41,703 bases of DNA from Desulfobacterales bacterium (GTDB lineage: Bacteria; Desulfobacterota; Desulfobacteria; Desulfobacterales; ETH-SRB1), in the NCBI GenBank assembly GCA_030611985.1, contig JAUWOS010000003.1:1-41703 (forward strand), in the 5' to 3' direction. Of the stretch, positions 1 to 10,018 are shown piece by piece (position 1 is the first letter of the stretch; every line of letters starts with the position of its first letter). The position numbers and the translations under genes were made by a program. The notes below the pieces were generated by a model. The model ran no database searches and had not been told where the DNA came from. It saw nothing but the letters and a program-made list of their open reading frames with translations.

Positions 1-846
1 GATCTTATTGAGGCTATTGCGCTTGGTCACGATATAGGTCACGCTCCTTTCGGACATGATGGCGAAAGGATTTTGTCTGAACTTTGCAAGTCTGTCGGGA
101 TAGGATACTTTCAGCACAATATTCAAAGCGTTCAGTTTCTGAACAGGGTTGAGCGTAAAGGAAAAGGATTAAACTTGTGTCTTCAAACTCTGGATGGAAT
201 ACTTTGCCATGATGGAGAAATTCATAATCAAAAAATTGAACCTGAAAGGAATAAAACATTCGAAATACATGAAAAAGAAATAGCTGCCAAAAAAGCTGAT
301 CCTGATCTAAAGCTTATGCCCATGACACTGGAAGGATGTGTTGTGCGTGTAGCGGATACTATTAGTTATATTGGACGCGATTTAGAAGATGCCATACGAC
401 TGGATATGATAAAAAGATCGGATATCCCAAAAGAAAGCGTAACGCTTCTTGGAAATACAAATGGAACAATTGTATACAATCTTGTGACGGATATCATCAA
501 AAACAGTCTTCAAAAGACTTCGATTGTTTTTAGTCCTGAAATATCAGAGGCATTGAAAAGATTAAAAAAGTTTAATCTTGAACATATCTACCTGAATCCA
601 AAAATCAAAAAGCATTTAAATGTCATACAAGAACTTTTTGAAAAACTTTTTGAAAGGTATTTCAGGGATCTTCGAAAGAAAAATCGTTCTTCAGTGATTT
701 TTACAAGTTTTTTAAAAGATATGTCAGAAAATTATATAAAAAACCACAATGAAGAGGAGATCGTCAGAGATTTCATAGCCGGCATGACGGATTATTATTT
801 CTTAAGACAGTTTCCCGAAAATATGAGGCCAAGGCCGCAGATTTGA
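1..846 (+). CDS. HD-domain dGTP triphosphohydrolase-like protein (5'-truncated by window edge)
   Basis: Frame 1 is open from base 1: DLIEAIALGHDIGHAPFGHDGE, then HNIQS, ADTISY..DLEDA and C-terminal RDFIAGMTD, all dGTPase-family motifs. Confidence 0.85.
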   Translation, partial: DLIEAIALGHDIGHAPFGHDGERILSELCKSVGIGYFQHNIQSVQFLNRVERKGKGLNLCLQTLDGILCHDGEIHNQKIEPERNKTFEIHEKEIAAKKADPDLKLMPMTLEGCVVRVADTISYIGRDLEDAIRLDMIKRSDIPKESVTLLGNTNGTIVYNLVTDIIKNSLQKTSIVFSPEISEALKRLKKFNLEHIYLNPKIKKHLNVIQELFEKLFERYFRDLRKKNRSSVIFTSFLKDMSENYIKNHNEEEIVRDFIAGMTDYYFLRQFPENMRPRPQI

Positions 847-852
847 AGATTT

Positions 853-1584
853 ATGGATTTATGGATTGGTAACAAAACTTACCGAAAACTTGTGCGGATG
901 GAAAATCTGGTCTCTTTCAGACAGGTTGTACAAGAGACAGATCTATTTGTGCATGCATCTACACCGCTTGAGGATATCACAAGGGAATTGATTTTACGGC
1001 ACAGAGGTTATATTGAAGCTTATATAAAAAGACACCCCGAATTTGTAACAACGCTTAAGCCATGTCGTATAAGTGGCCCTGCTCCCATTATAATAAAAGA
1101 TATGGCAAAAGCCGGTGAAAAAGCAGGCGTCGGCCCGATGGCTGCTGTTGCAGGCGCAATTGCCGAACATGTCGGCGCCGATCTTTTATCGTATACAGAT
1201 GAAGTTATCGTGGAAAACGGTGGTGATATTTTCCTCAAGACAAATAGTTTGGTTACAGTCGGTATTTTTGCAGGCGCTTCCTCTTTAAGCTTGCGTGTAG
1301 GTTTGCGTGTCGATTCCGGTGTTGAACCTGTTTCTGTGTGTACATCATCCGGCACAGTCGGGCACTCGTTAAGTCTTGGCAGAGCTGATGCGGTATGTGT
1401 TGTATCAAAATCATGTTCTATCGCTGATGCGGCTGCAACGTCAATCGGCAATCATGTAAAATCAAAATCCGATATTCAAAAGGCGATAGATTTTGGAAAA
1501 ACTATCGCAAATATTACAGGTATTGTCATTATTGTGGGCAATAAGATCGGCTTGTGGGGAGAATTGGAGATTGTGCCGCTTTGA
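853..1584 (+). CDS. UPF0280 family protein (ApbE superfamily)
   Basis: VGPMAAVAGAIA, VENGGDI, CTSSGTVGHSLSLGRADAV, ADAAATSIGN motifs. Confidence 0.85.
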   Translation: MDLWIGNKTYRKLVRMENLVSFRQVVQETDLFVHASTPLEDITRELILRHRGYIEAYIKRHPEFVTTLKPCRISGPAPIIIKDMAKAGEKAGVGPMAAVAGAIAEHVGADLLSYTDEVIVENGGDIFLKTNSLVTVGIFAGASSLSLRVGLRVDSGVEPVSVCTSSGTVGHSLSLGRADAVCVVSKSCSIADAAATSIGNHVKSKSDIQKAIDFGKTIANITGIVIIVGNKIGLWGELEIVPL

Positions 1585-1661
1585 GAATGAGAAAAAGAGG
1601 ACGGGAAAAAAGTGTTGAGTTTTAAGTAAAAAAAGGGCATCTTTCAAAAACATCGAAAAGT

Positions 1662-1736
1662 AGTTTACACTTTTCGTTCCCAGGCTCTGCCTGGGAACGC
1701 ATTATGCGAGGCTCTGCCTCTTGTTAAGTGTAAACT
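1662..1736. repeat. REP-like palindrome, family C (CGTTCCCAGG-CTCTG-CCTGGGAACG), inside an 11-bp inverted repeat
   Basis: Hairpin at 1675-1699 matches the one at 9075-9099; flanks AGTTTACACTT (1662-1672) and AAGTGTAAACT (1726-1736) are perfect inverse complements. Confidence 0.75.
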
Positions 1737-1807
1737 GATGAATGAAATATGCCAAAAATGGAAATTTCTGTACTATTAAAATATTACGAAATTGGGAGAG
1801 AAATAAT

Positions 1808-2200
1808 ATGAAAAAAGTTAAAGGCGCCTTCTGGTTGATTATTGTTGGGTTTATCGGGCTTGTTTTTTTTCAGAATCAGGATTTTTTTCTGTCAAAGCAA
1901 AGTATTGGCTTAGAACTTTTCTTTTCATACAAGACTCCTGAATTGCATATTGCCGTTTTTTTTCTTGTATGCTTTCTGGCAGGTTTTTTTCTTGCCTGTT
2001 ATTTCGGTTTTTCCGAATATTTCAGATCTAAAAGAACTATCAAGGACTTAAATACCGCTATCGAATCACAACTTGAGGAAATGTCGGCGCTTAAGAATGC
2101 AGTGGAATCATTACAAGCCCAAGTCGATCCTGCCATAGATAAAGAGGAGAGCACAGAAAGCTCTGTTCAAGGAAAAAAACAAGATAACAAAATAATTTAA
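1808..2200 (+). CDS. LapA-like (LPS assembly protein A domain) small membrane protein
   Basis: Two TM segments with FFQN after TM1 and a coiled tail; GGAGAG RBS precedes ATG 1808 (ORF track starts at 1742). Confidence 0.6.
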   Translation: MKKVKGAFWLIIVGFIGLVFFQNQDFFLSKQSIGLELFFSYKTPELHIAVFFLVCFLAGFFLACYFGFSEYFRSKRTIKDLNTAIESQLEEMSALKNAVESLQAQVDPAIDKEESTESSVQGKKQDNKII

Positions 2201-2221
2201 AAAATTTCCATGTTATGCTTA

Positions 2222-2243
2222 GGAATGTGGACGAAATAAATTC
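2222..2243 (+). repeat. Family A element, solo terminal repeat
   Basis: GGAATGTGGACGAAATAAATTC matches the terminal repeat at 7320; directly abutted by a family B copy. Confidence 0.75.
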
Positions 2244-2403
2244 GTAACCGTTCACGGAAGAACAGGTAGCATGACAAGGCTACTTACCAACATGTAAGCT
2301 TTTACAGGTGCTGTAGGTGTGCGTTTTCTTAGGTAATCAACTATAGATTTTGCTATGTTGGTTGCCCTGAAAACGTGCATATGCAGCGCCTGTGAACGCT
2401 TGC
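2244..2403 (+). mobile_element. Family B MITE (IS66-like ends)
   Basis: GTAACCGTTCACGG...CTGTGAACGCTTGC; close match to copies at 22657, 25002 and 32606; no TSD visible for this copy. Confidence 0.85.
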
Positions 2404-2480
2404 TACTTTTTTAAATCTCTTCGTGGGATATTCACCTGCCATCCGTTCTATGGGTAGCAGGTGATTTTTTTGGAAAACTG

Positions 2481-4148
2481 GTGAATAATTATAAAAAATC
2501 CCTTATATCCTGTCTAATCATCTGCTGTATTATTACGATGCTGTGTCCTGGTGAATCATTAGCGGTTACGGCAAAGGATAAATATTTTAAAGCCGAGTCC
2601 TGCTATAAAAAACTTTGCAATAGTTCCAGGAAACAGAAATACAGAGATAGCTGGTTTTTGTGCATTGAAAAGTTTCAGGCTGTTTACAGACATGCGCCTT
2701 CAGGCCCATGGGCTGCCGCAGGTCTGTATATGTCCGGGAATCTCTACAGGGAGCTTTACAAGCGTTCATTTAAAAAGTCTGATAAAAAAGAGGCGCTTGA
2801 TATTTTTGAGCGTATCGTAAAACGCTTTCCGAAAAGCAAGTATCGGCATGATGCCGCCAGGGCAATACGCTCCCTTTCTCAAACAAAGACTAAAAAAAAA
2901 GTTGCATCTAAAAAAGTTGTATCTAAAAAGAAACGCTATGTAAAAAAGAAACTATCCGCGATTAAGAGTCAAATCAAAAAGAATGTCAAGCCTGTTGCGA
3001 GCAAGATCACAACCGTTACCGGTCTACGATTCTGGTCCAATCCAAGCTACACACGTATTGTTATTGATGCAAACAGAGAAACATCATACTCTCACAGGTT
3101 TCTTAAAAAAGATCCATCAATCAATAAGCCTCAACGTTTGTATATTGATTTAAATAACAGCAGACTGGGAAAAGACATTAAAAAAGTTATTCCTATCAAT
3201 GATAATCTGCTTAGAAATGCACGGGCCGGCCAGTTTACAACAGATTCGGTTAGAATCGTTGTCGATATCAAGTCTTCTAAAACATACAAGATATTTTCTC
3301 TGAAAAGTCCGTTCAGAATTGTTATAGATGTATGGGGAATAGCCGCAAAGAAAACTTTTACAGCAAAATCAATACCGAATAATTCAGAGAAAAAAACAAA
3401 AATCACAACCGGCGCTTTAGCAAAACAACTTGCTCTCGGTGTAAGTCGGATAGTTATAGATCCAGGTCATGGTGGAAAGGATTTTGGAGCCCCCGGTTAT
3501 TTTAGAGGCGTTCATGAAAAAGATATTGTCCTTAAAATTGCAAAAAGGCTTGCCGTAAAGATTCGTGAAAACCTGCAATGCGAGGTAATTCTGACCCGTA
3601 ATTCCGATAAATACCTTACACTTGAAGAACGCACAGCTATTGCTAACACAAAAGATGCAGACCTTTTTATATCCATACATACAAATGCTGTCAGAGATAA
3701 AAGAGCATATGGCATAGAAACCTATTTTTTGAACCTGGCTACGGATGATGAGGCTATTCTGGTAGCTGCTCGGGAAAATGCCACTTCAACCAAAAATATA
3801 AGTGATCTTCAAACAATTTTAAATGATCTTATGCAAAATGCCAAGATCAATGAATCCAGTCGCCTGGCTGCCCATGTTCAGAAATCGTTATATAAAGGCT
3901 TGAAGAAAAAGTACGGCAAGATCAAGAATAAAGGAGTAAAGCAAGCTCCTTTTTATGTTCTTCTGGGAGCTCAAATGCCTGCCATATTGGTAGAAGCTTC
4001 CTTTATAAGCAATGCAAGAGAATGCAAAAGGCTGTCTGATTCGAAATATCAGGATCGATTGTGTGATGCTATTACAACCGGAATCCGAAAATATATCAAG
4101 GAAATAAGCCCAACGGCATTTTTGAATAGAGGGCGCGCCAGTGGTTGA
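2481..4148 (+). CDS. amiC: N-acetylmuramoyl-L-alanine amidase (TPR-like N-terminus, AMIN domain, Amidase_3)
   Basis: Signal peptide, YTRIVID/RLYIDL AMIN motifs, IVIDPGHGGKDFGA, LEERTAIAN, FISIHTNA, PAILVEASFISN. Confidence 0.88.
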   Translation: MNNYKKSLISCLIICCIITMLCPGESLAVTAKDKYFKAESCYKKLCNSSRKQKYRDSWFLCIEKFQAVYRHAPSGPWAAAGLYMSGNLYRELYKRSFKKSDKKEALDIFERIVKRFPKSKYRHDAARAIRSLSQTKTKKKVASKKVVSKKKRYVKKKLSAIKSQIKKNVKPVASKITTVTGLRFWSNPSYTRIVIDANRETSYSHRFLKKDPSINKPQRLYIDLNNSRLGKDIKKVIPINDNLLRNARAGQFTTDSVRIVVDIKSSKTYKIFSLKSPFRIVIDVWGIAAKKTFTAKSIPNNSEKKTKITTGALAKQLALGVSRIVIDPGHGGKDFGAPGYFRGVHEKDIVLKIAKRLAVKIRENLQCEVILTRNSDKYLTLEERTAIANTKDADLFISIHTNAVRDKRAYGIETYFLNLATDDEAILVAARENATSTKNISDLQTILNDLMQNAKINESSRLAAHVQKSLYKGLKKKYGKIKNKGVKQAPFYVLLGAQMPAILVEASFISNARECKRLSDSKYQDRLCDAITTGIRKYIKEISPTAFLNRGRASG

Positions 4149-4193
4149 TTTGTTGATTGGATGATTAGGATGAAAGGGATGAGTGGAGATAAT

Positions 4194-4409
4194 ATGATTG
4201 AAAACAAAAAAGTTATTCGAATTATCTGGGGCATTGCGCTTGTATTGGCTGGAATAGGAGTGTTTTACAGAATACCTCAGGTAATGCCAAAAATAGAAAA
4301 AATAGAATATTTTTCTTCCGCCATATTTTTTGTACGCTTTTGTTTCTATTTTTTAGGTATTTTGCTTATAGGCGGAGGTATCAAGAGAATTTACGATGGT
4401 CGCAAGTAA
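4194..4409 (+). CDS. Small two-TM hypothetical membrane protein
   Basis: Two hydrophobic helices; GGAG RBS before ATG 4194; overlaps the start of the next gene. Confidence 0.65.
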   Translation: MIENKKVIRIIWGIALVLAGIGVFYRIPQVMPKIEKIEYFSSAIFFVRFCFYFLGILLIGGGIKRIYDGRK

Positions 4410-6681
4410 TTCAAATCTCAAAAACCTCAAATCTGAAGTTGAATACAGGACAAAGCTTCAGGATATTTGCAACAAAATAAATGCCGCTGCACATCCGGAT
4501 GAAATTTTAATAGATTTGAAGGATGAGATAGCGCTGCTTTTTGAAGCGAAAAGAATTACTATTTATGTGGTCAATAGGAGAAGACGAGAGCTTGTGTCAC
4601 GTTTCAAATCAGGAAACGAGATAGCAGAAATCCGTGTTCCTATATCGACAAGCAGTATAGTAGGATGTTCTGCTTTTAAACAGAAACTTGTAAATATTAA
4701 AAATGCTTATGATGAAAAGGAGTTGACTTCTATTGATCCTGTTTTGAGATTCGATAAAAGCTGGGATAAAAAAACAGGTTTTATTACAAAACAGGTTCTT
4801 GTGGTTCCGATTATCTTCAAGCAATATCTGCTTGGAGCAATGCAACTGATAAATCGAAAATATAACGGTTTGTTTACAAAAATTGATGAACAGTCCGCAA
4901 AAGAACTCGCCAAGATACTCGGCATTGCCCTGTACAATCAGAAACGGTTGGCAAGAGCCAGAATCAACAAATTTACATATCTTATTGAAAATAATATTCT
5001 GGCCCAGAAGGAACTTGATAAAGCAATAGCTGAAGCAAGGCGAAGAAGAGAACCTGTTGAAGTTCTTTTGATAGAGAACCTTAAAATTCCGAAAAAGGAA
5101 GTAGGGAAATCCCTTAGTAATTTTTACAAAGTTCCATTTGTGGAATATAATGAAAAAGTAACAATTCCGGGTGAACTTCTCGCTGGTTTGAAAGTTTCTT
5201 TCATGCGCAGCAATATTTGGGTCCCGCTGCGCGTTGAAGAAAACAAAATCGTAATAGCAGTAAATAACCCATTTGATCTTCAGAAAATTGATGAAATAAA
5301 ATCTCTCTTTGGCGGTAAAGAGCTTGAATTTTGCGTAGCATTAAACCAGGATATTCTCGATTTTATCGCTTTATTTACTCAAGATGAAAAAGAACTTGCC
5401 GCTATTGATGAAATTATTTCGCAACTCCAGGATGAAGCGGAAGAAGCGGAAGAAACTGAATCTGCTGTAGATGAGGAAGATAATGTTGTTGTTCAGCTTG
5501 TCAACAAAATAATTCTTGATGCCTATGCCAGAGAAGCATCCGATATTCATATTGAGCCGTATCCCGAAAAGCAGAGTACTCATGTGAGAATAAGGGTGGA
5601 TGGCAACTGTGCATTATATCAGACCATTCCCTATAGCTACAGAAATGCACTTGTATCACGTATCAAAATTATGTCTGATCTTGATATAGCAGAACGCCGC
5701 AAACCCCAGGACGGAAAGATTGAATTCAAAAAATATGGAGGCAAGGATATTGAACTCAGAGTTGCGACTATTCCAACTCAGGGTGGCATGGAAGATGTTG
5801 TTATGCGTATACTGGCAGCAGGCGAGCCTATTCCGCTTGACAAGATGGGTTTTTCAAAAAACAATTACGATAATTTTATAAGCGTCATTACAAAGCCTTA
5901 TGGTATTATATTCGTATGCGGTCCGACAGGTTCCGGTAAAACAACCACCCTCCATTCAGCCCTGGGGTATATCAATAAGCCCGAAGTCAAGATCTGGACT
6001 GCTGAAGATCCTGTAGAAATCACTCAAAAAGGCTTGAGACAGGTTAATGTAAAGCCCAAAATAGGATTTGATTTTGCAGCTGCAATGCGTGCATTTTTAA
6101 GGGCGGATCCCGATATTATTATGGTTGGTGAAATGCGTGACAAGGAAACAGCACAGATTGGCATAGAAGCGTCATTAACCGGCCATCTTGTGTTTTCAAC
6201 CCTTCACACCAACAGCGCTCCGGAGAGTATAATCAGGCTTCTCGACATGGGAATGGATCCTTTTAATTTTGCAGACGCTATTTTATGTATCCTTGCCCAG
6301 CGTCTAATTCATACGCTTTGCAAGGATTGCAAGCAGGCATACCATCCTTCAAGAGAAGAATATGATGAACTGGTACGGGAATATGGTGAAGAGGGTTTCA
6401 AAAAAAATGTAAATATTCCATTCTCGGATGATATGACTTTATATAAGCCTAAAGGCTGCGATGCATGTAACAATATAGGATATCGCGGAAGAATGGGAAT
6501 ACACGAGTTGTTGATGGGAACTGATGATGTAAAAAAATTGATCCAGACAAAAGCAAGGATGGAGAACATACGGGAACAGGCTATAAAAGACAGCATGACA
6601 ACGCTAAAACAAGATGGAATAGAAAAGATTTTTGCGGGACGCTGTGATCTTTTTCAAGTGAGGAAAGTTTGTATTAAATAG
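4396..6681 (+). CDS. GspE/PilB-family secretion ATPase with N-terminal GAF domain
   Basis: GAF-like N-terminus (FDKSWDKKTGFITKQVLVVPI), ASDIHIEP, LDIAERRKPQDG, Walker A GPTGSGKTT, EDPVE, LRADPDIIMVGEMRD, CxxC..CxxC zinc motif. Confidence 0.9.
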   Translation: MVASNSNLKNLKSEVEYRTKLQDICNKINAAAHPDEILIDLKDEIALLFEAKRITIYVVNRRRRELVSRFKSGNEIAEIRVPISTSSIVGCSAFKQKLVNIKNAYDEKELTSIDPVLRFDKSWDKKTGFITKQVLVVPIIFKQYLLGAMQLINRKYNGLFTKIDEQSAKELAKILGIALYNQKRLARARINKFTYLIENNILAQKELDKAIAEARRRREPVEVLLIENLKIPKKEVGKSLSNFYKVPFVEYNEKVTIPGELLAGLKVSFMRSNIWVPLRVEENKIVIAVNNPFDLQKIDEIKSLFGGKELEFCVALNQDILDFIALFTQDEKELAAIDEIISQLQDEAEEAEETESAVDEEDNVVVQLVNKIILDAYAREASDIHIEPYPEKQSTHVRIRVDGNCALYQTIPYSYRNALVSRIKIMSDLDIAERRKPQDGKIEFKKYGGKDIELRVATIPTQGGMEDVVMRILAAGEPIPLDKMGFSKNNYDNFISVITKPYGIIFVCGPTGSGKTTTLHSALGYINKPEVKIWTAEDPVEITQKGLRQVNVKPKIGFDFAAAMRAFLRADPDIIMVGEMRDKETAQIGIEASLTGHLVFSTLHTNSAPESIIRLLDMGMDPFNFADAILCILAQRLIHTLCKDCKQAYHPSREEYDELVREYGEEGFKKNVNIPFSDDMTLYKPKGCDACNNIGYRGRMGIHELLMGTDDVKKLIQTKARMENIREQAIKDSMTTLKQDGIEKIFAGRCDLFQVRKVCIK

Positions 6682-6856
6682 AACAAATTACTTTTGACCT
6701 GTTTCGGCAATTCTAATTTTGAAGTATTGCATCCTGACTCCTCGTTAAATTCCTTCTTTGAAGGGGCTGGAGAGGGGAAGATGTAACACACAATTGTAAA
6801 AGAAAAAATGCTATAATTAGAACTGTCGGACCTATTTTGAAAGATGGCGAAATGAT

Positions 6857-7375
6857 ATGCGTATAGGCATGGGATACGATCTGCATAAACTTGTTTTTGG
6901 CCGTAAACTTGTTCTTGGAGGAGTGGTCATTCCATTTGAAAAGGGTTTGCTTGGACATTCGGATGCGGATGTTCTTGTTCATGCGGTATGCGATGCTCTT
7001 TTGGGCGCAGCCGGTCTGGGAGATATCGGTTTGCATTTTCCTGATACGGACCCTGAATTCAAAGATATATACAGTATAAAACTTCTTGCAAAAACTTATA
7101 AAATGATCAAAGGCAAAGGCTTTGCGATAAGCAATTTAGATTCTACCATTTTTGCCGAAGCGCCGAAACTTTTTCCATATAGAGAAGAAATGCAAAAAAA
7201 TATTGCTGAAGCGATTAAAATTGAACCTGACAGAGTAAATATCAAAGCAACTACATTTGAAGGGCTCGGAATGATCGGAAAAGGTGAGGGAATTGGAGCA
7301 ATGTGCGTTGCGATGCTTAGGAACGTGGACGAATTAACTTCCCCAAGTAGGCGCACAGATTTGGGTCGAATTTGA
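6857..7375 (+). CDS. ispF: 2-C-methyl-D-erythritol 2,4-cyclodiphosphate synthase; last ~18 aa encoded by an inserted repeat
   Basis: MRIGMGYDLH, GHSDADVLVHAVCDALLGA, GDIGLHFPD, VNIKATT. Confidence 0.95.
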   Translation: MRIGMGYDLHKLVFGRKLVLGGVVIPFEKGLLGHSDADVLVHAVCDALLGAAGLGDIGLHFPDTDPEFKDIYSIKLLAKTYKMIKGKGFAISNLDSTIFAEAPKLFPYREEMQKNIAEAIKIEPDRVNIKATTFEGLGMIGKGEGIGAMCVAMLRNVDELTSPSRRTDLGRI

Positions 7376-7499
7376 TTGATCTCAAAGCACAAAAATTGAA
7401 GGAATAGCGAGCTATTTCAAGGTTTTTGTGATTTGAGATCGGACAAAGGCGACCTGAAGCTGTGATGCATAGTTGGGGAAGTTATTTCGTCCACGTTCC
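7320..7499 (+). mobile_element. Family A MITE-like element, full 180-bp copy
   Basis: 25-bp TIRs GGAACGTGGACGAATTAACTTCCCC / GGGGAAGTTATTTCGTCCACGTTCC, TA on both sides, internal ~63-nt hairpin at 7378-7440; homologous to 22131 and 41539. Confidence 0.9.
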
Positions 7500-7583
7500 T
7501 AAGGATTCGCTCAAAAATAAGTTCACAATTTTAAGTGTTGAGGCGAACTTCAGGCATTTTAACATAAAAAGGCTACTTAAAAC

Positions 7584-9026
7584 ATGACGACTCTTCGTAT
7601 TTACAATACCTTAAGCGGAAAAAAAGAAGTATTTGAACCTGTTGAACCAGGCAGGGTGCGCATGTACGTTTGCGGTCCAACTGTGTATGACTCCTGTCAT
7701 ATCGGACACGCAAGGTCTGTTGTGACATTTGACGTTATTGTGCGCTATTTAAAAGCAAAAAGCTTTGATGTAACTTATGTAAGAAATTTTACGGATATTG
7801 ATGATAAAATAATAAACAGGGCAAATCAGTCAGGCGTTGGCTATAAAGAACTTGCCGAAAAATATATCAAGGAATTTCATGAGGATATGAATTCTTTGAA
7901 TGTAAACATGCCCGACGAAGAACCAAAAGCAACAGAACACATTGAGCAGATCATAAAGGTTATAGAAAAGCTTATAGATAATAACTTTGCATACCGGATA
8001 AACGGCGATGTTTATTATTCTGTCGAAAAATTTGAAAATTATGGAAAACTCTCCGGACGCAGGCTGGAAGATATGGAAGCCGGAGCCAGAGTTGATATCG
8101 ACAAAAGGAAACGCAGCCCTTTTGATTTTGCTTTATGGAAATCCGCAAAACCACAAGAACCGGTCTGGGAAAGTCCATGGGGCAAAGGAAGACCAGGGTG
8201 GCATATTGAATGTTCGGCTATGAGCGCTGAATATTTAGGAGAAACCTTTGACATTCACGGTGGAGGCAAGGATCTTATTTTTCCTCATCATGAAAATGAG
8301 ATTGCCCAGTCGGAAGGAGCATTTGGAAAGCCTTTTGTAAGGTACTGGGTTCACAATGGTTTTGTAAATATCAATCAGGAAAAGATGTCAAAATCGCTTG
8401 GAAACTTTTTGATGATAAAAGATGTAATAAAATCTTATCATCCTGAAGCTGTGCGCCTCTTTCTTCTTTCCAAACATTACCGCAGCCCTGTCGATTTTAC
8501 GGATAAAGCCCTGGATGAAGCGAGCGCCGGTCTTGACAGGATATATGCGCTGCTCGAACGTGTTGATAAAAAGACAGGCTTTGTGCCGGAAATCAAAGAT
8601 GAATCAGGATATTATTTAAAACAGTTTTGCGAGGCAATGGACGATGACTTCAATACTGCCGCCGGCATCGGTATTCTTTTTGATGCTGTGCATAACATAA
8701 ACCGCTTATTGGATGAAAATAAAGACAGCCTTTCTCCAAAAGTAAAAAGCAAAATAGAGTTAGATCGGATGGATATTATAAAAATGGGTGGTATTCTCGG
8801 TATAATTAATGAATCACCCAAAATCTATTTTGATAAAAAAAGATCTCGCGGTCTTGAAAAAAGATCAATCGATCCTGCTCTTATTGAAAAAATGATTAAA
8901 GACAGAACAGATGCAAGAAAGGCAAAAGACTGGTCAATGGCGGATCAGATCAGAAAGGAACTCGCAGAGATGAACATAATTATTGAAGACCGGGCGGATG
9001 GTACTGTCTGGAAGGTGAAAAATTAA
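7584..9026 (+). CDS. cysS: Cysteine--tRNA ligase
   Basis: MYVCGPTVYD, HIGH, GRPGWHIECS, DIHGGGKDLIFPHHENE, KMSKS. Confidence 0.98.
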   Translation: MTTLRIYNTLSGKKEVFEPVEPGRVRMYVCGPTVYDSCHIGHARSVVTFDVIVRYLKAKSFDVTYVRNFTDIDDKIINRANQSGVGYKELAEKYIKEFHEDMNSLNVNMPDEEPKATEHIEQIIKVIEKLIDNNFAYRINGDVYYSVEKFENYGKLSGRRLEDMEAGARVDIDKRKRSPFDFALWKSAKPQEPVWESPWGKGRPGWHIECSAMSAEYLGETFDIHGGGKDLIFPHHENEIAQSEGAFGKPFVRYWVHNGFVNINQEKMSKSLGNFLMIKDVIKSYHPEAVRLFLLSKHYRSPVDFTDKALDEASAGLDRIYALLERVDKKTGFVPEIKDESGYYLKQFCEAMDDDFNTAAGIGILFDAVHNINRLLDENKDSLSPKVKSKIELDRMDIIKMGGILGIINESPKIYFDKKRSRGLEKRSIDPALIEKMIKDRTDARKAKDWSMADQIRKELAEMNIIIEDRADGTVWKVKN

Positions 9027-9039
9027 AGTATGTTCCCAG

Positions 9040-9165
9040 GAAACGGGGATGAAATAACTACCCCGTTTTTCACTCGTTCCCAGGCTCTGCCTGGGAATGC
9101 ATATCTTAGGCAAAGCATTCCGTGGCAGAGCCACGGAACGAGTGAAGTTGTTTCGTCCACGTTTC
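9040..9165. mobile_element. Degenerate family A ends enclosing a family C REP doublet (9073-9142)
   Basis: GAAACGGGGATGAAATAACTACCCC ... GAAGTTGTTTCGTCCACGTTTC; inside CTCGTTCCCAGGCTCTGCCTGGGAATGC...GCATTCCGTGGCAGAGCCACGGAACGAG; lies between convergent cysS and MBL genes. Confidence 0.75.
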
Positions 9166-10016
9166 TAATGATCTAATTCCTCAATCTTTTCATCAATTTC
9201 AACATTCTTTTCACCCTGTTTTATGCTTGCTGCGGCAATATCTGGGTCGTGTTCGAAAAACAAAATCCAGTTTTCTTTCAATGCTCTGTCGAGAAGCTTT
9301 CTTTTCTCTTTTATTATGATCACAGGATAATTATCATATGCCGTGTGCCATCGAAGAGAAAGATGAGCGGATGTAGGGATAGTATCTGCACAATAAAAAA
9401 GGGAACGCGTCTCACCTTTTATCAGAAGATGCTGCTGACCTTGTGTGTGTCCATTAGTCACGATAATATCTATATTTTTAAATAGCTCCCCCTGCCCTTC
9501 TACTATCTTTAAAACTCCTGATTCCTTAAGCGGTATAAAATTTTCTTTCATATAGCTTGCCGCATTCCTTGCAGCAGGATCAGTTGCTTCCTTCCACTCG
9601 TCTTTTTGTATGTAATATATTGCATTGGGAAAGGCCGGAAAAGCTTTGCCATTTTTGATAAACGTTGACCCGCCTGCGTGGTCAAAATGAAGGTGAGTTA
9701 TAAAGACATCTGTAATATCGTTACGATTTAATCCATATTTTGACAACGACGTGTCAATATTTGTTGATTTTTGATCGACGTCATATATTTTTTTCAGTTT
9801 TTCAGATAACTTGTCGCCCAATCCTGTATCAACCAGAATGTTTCTCCCTTCTCCCTGTATTAAAAGAGATCTTGCTTTTAGTGAAATACAATTTTTTTTA
9901 TCTGCAGGGATTTCTCTTTGCCATAATACTTTGGGAACAGCTCCAAACATTGCGCCGCCATCTAAAATAAATCCGCCGGTATCAACAGAAAAACATTCAT
10001 AATTTCCGAATTTCAT
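9165..10016 (-). CDS. MBL-fold metallo-hydrolase
   Basis: LDGGAMFG, ILVDTG, THLHFDHAGG, GHT, FEHDP; ATG at 10016 follows GGAG RBS just after the topA stop. Confidence 0.9.
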   Translation of the reverse strand: MKFGNYECFSVDTGGFILDGGAMFGAVPKVLWQREIPADKKNCISLKARSLLIQGEGRNILVDTGLGDKLSEKLKKIYDVDQKSTNIDTSLSKYGLNRNDITDVFITHLHFDHAGGSTFIKNGKAFPAFPNAIYYIQKDEWKEATDPAARNAASYMKENFIPLKESGVLKIVEGQGELFKNIDIIVTNGHTQGQQHLLIKGETRSLFYCADTIPTSAHLSLRWHTAYDNYPVIIIKEKRKLLDRALKENWILFFEHDPDIAAASIKQGEKNVEIDEKIEELDH

Positions 10017-10018
10017 AG

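Noticed and set aside
2432-2464. Hairpin TCACCTGC...GCAGGTGA plus T-run before amiC as a regulatory attenuator
   Set aside because: Could be the terminator of the upstream gene or another small repeat; nothing indicates a switch
844-4148. Selenocysteine or other stop-codon readthrough at TGA-ending genes
   Set aside because: These proteins appear complete at their stops and I saw no sign that homology continues beyond them
6745-6780. GC-rich patch between the ATPase gene and ispF as a REP or terminator
   Set aside because: Pairing is too imperfect and there is no second copy in the window
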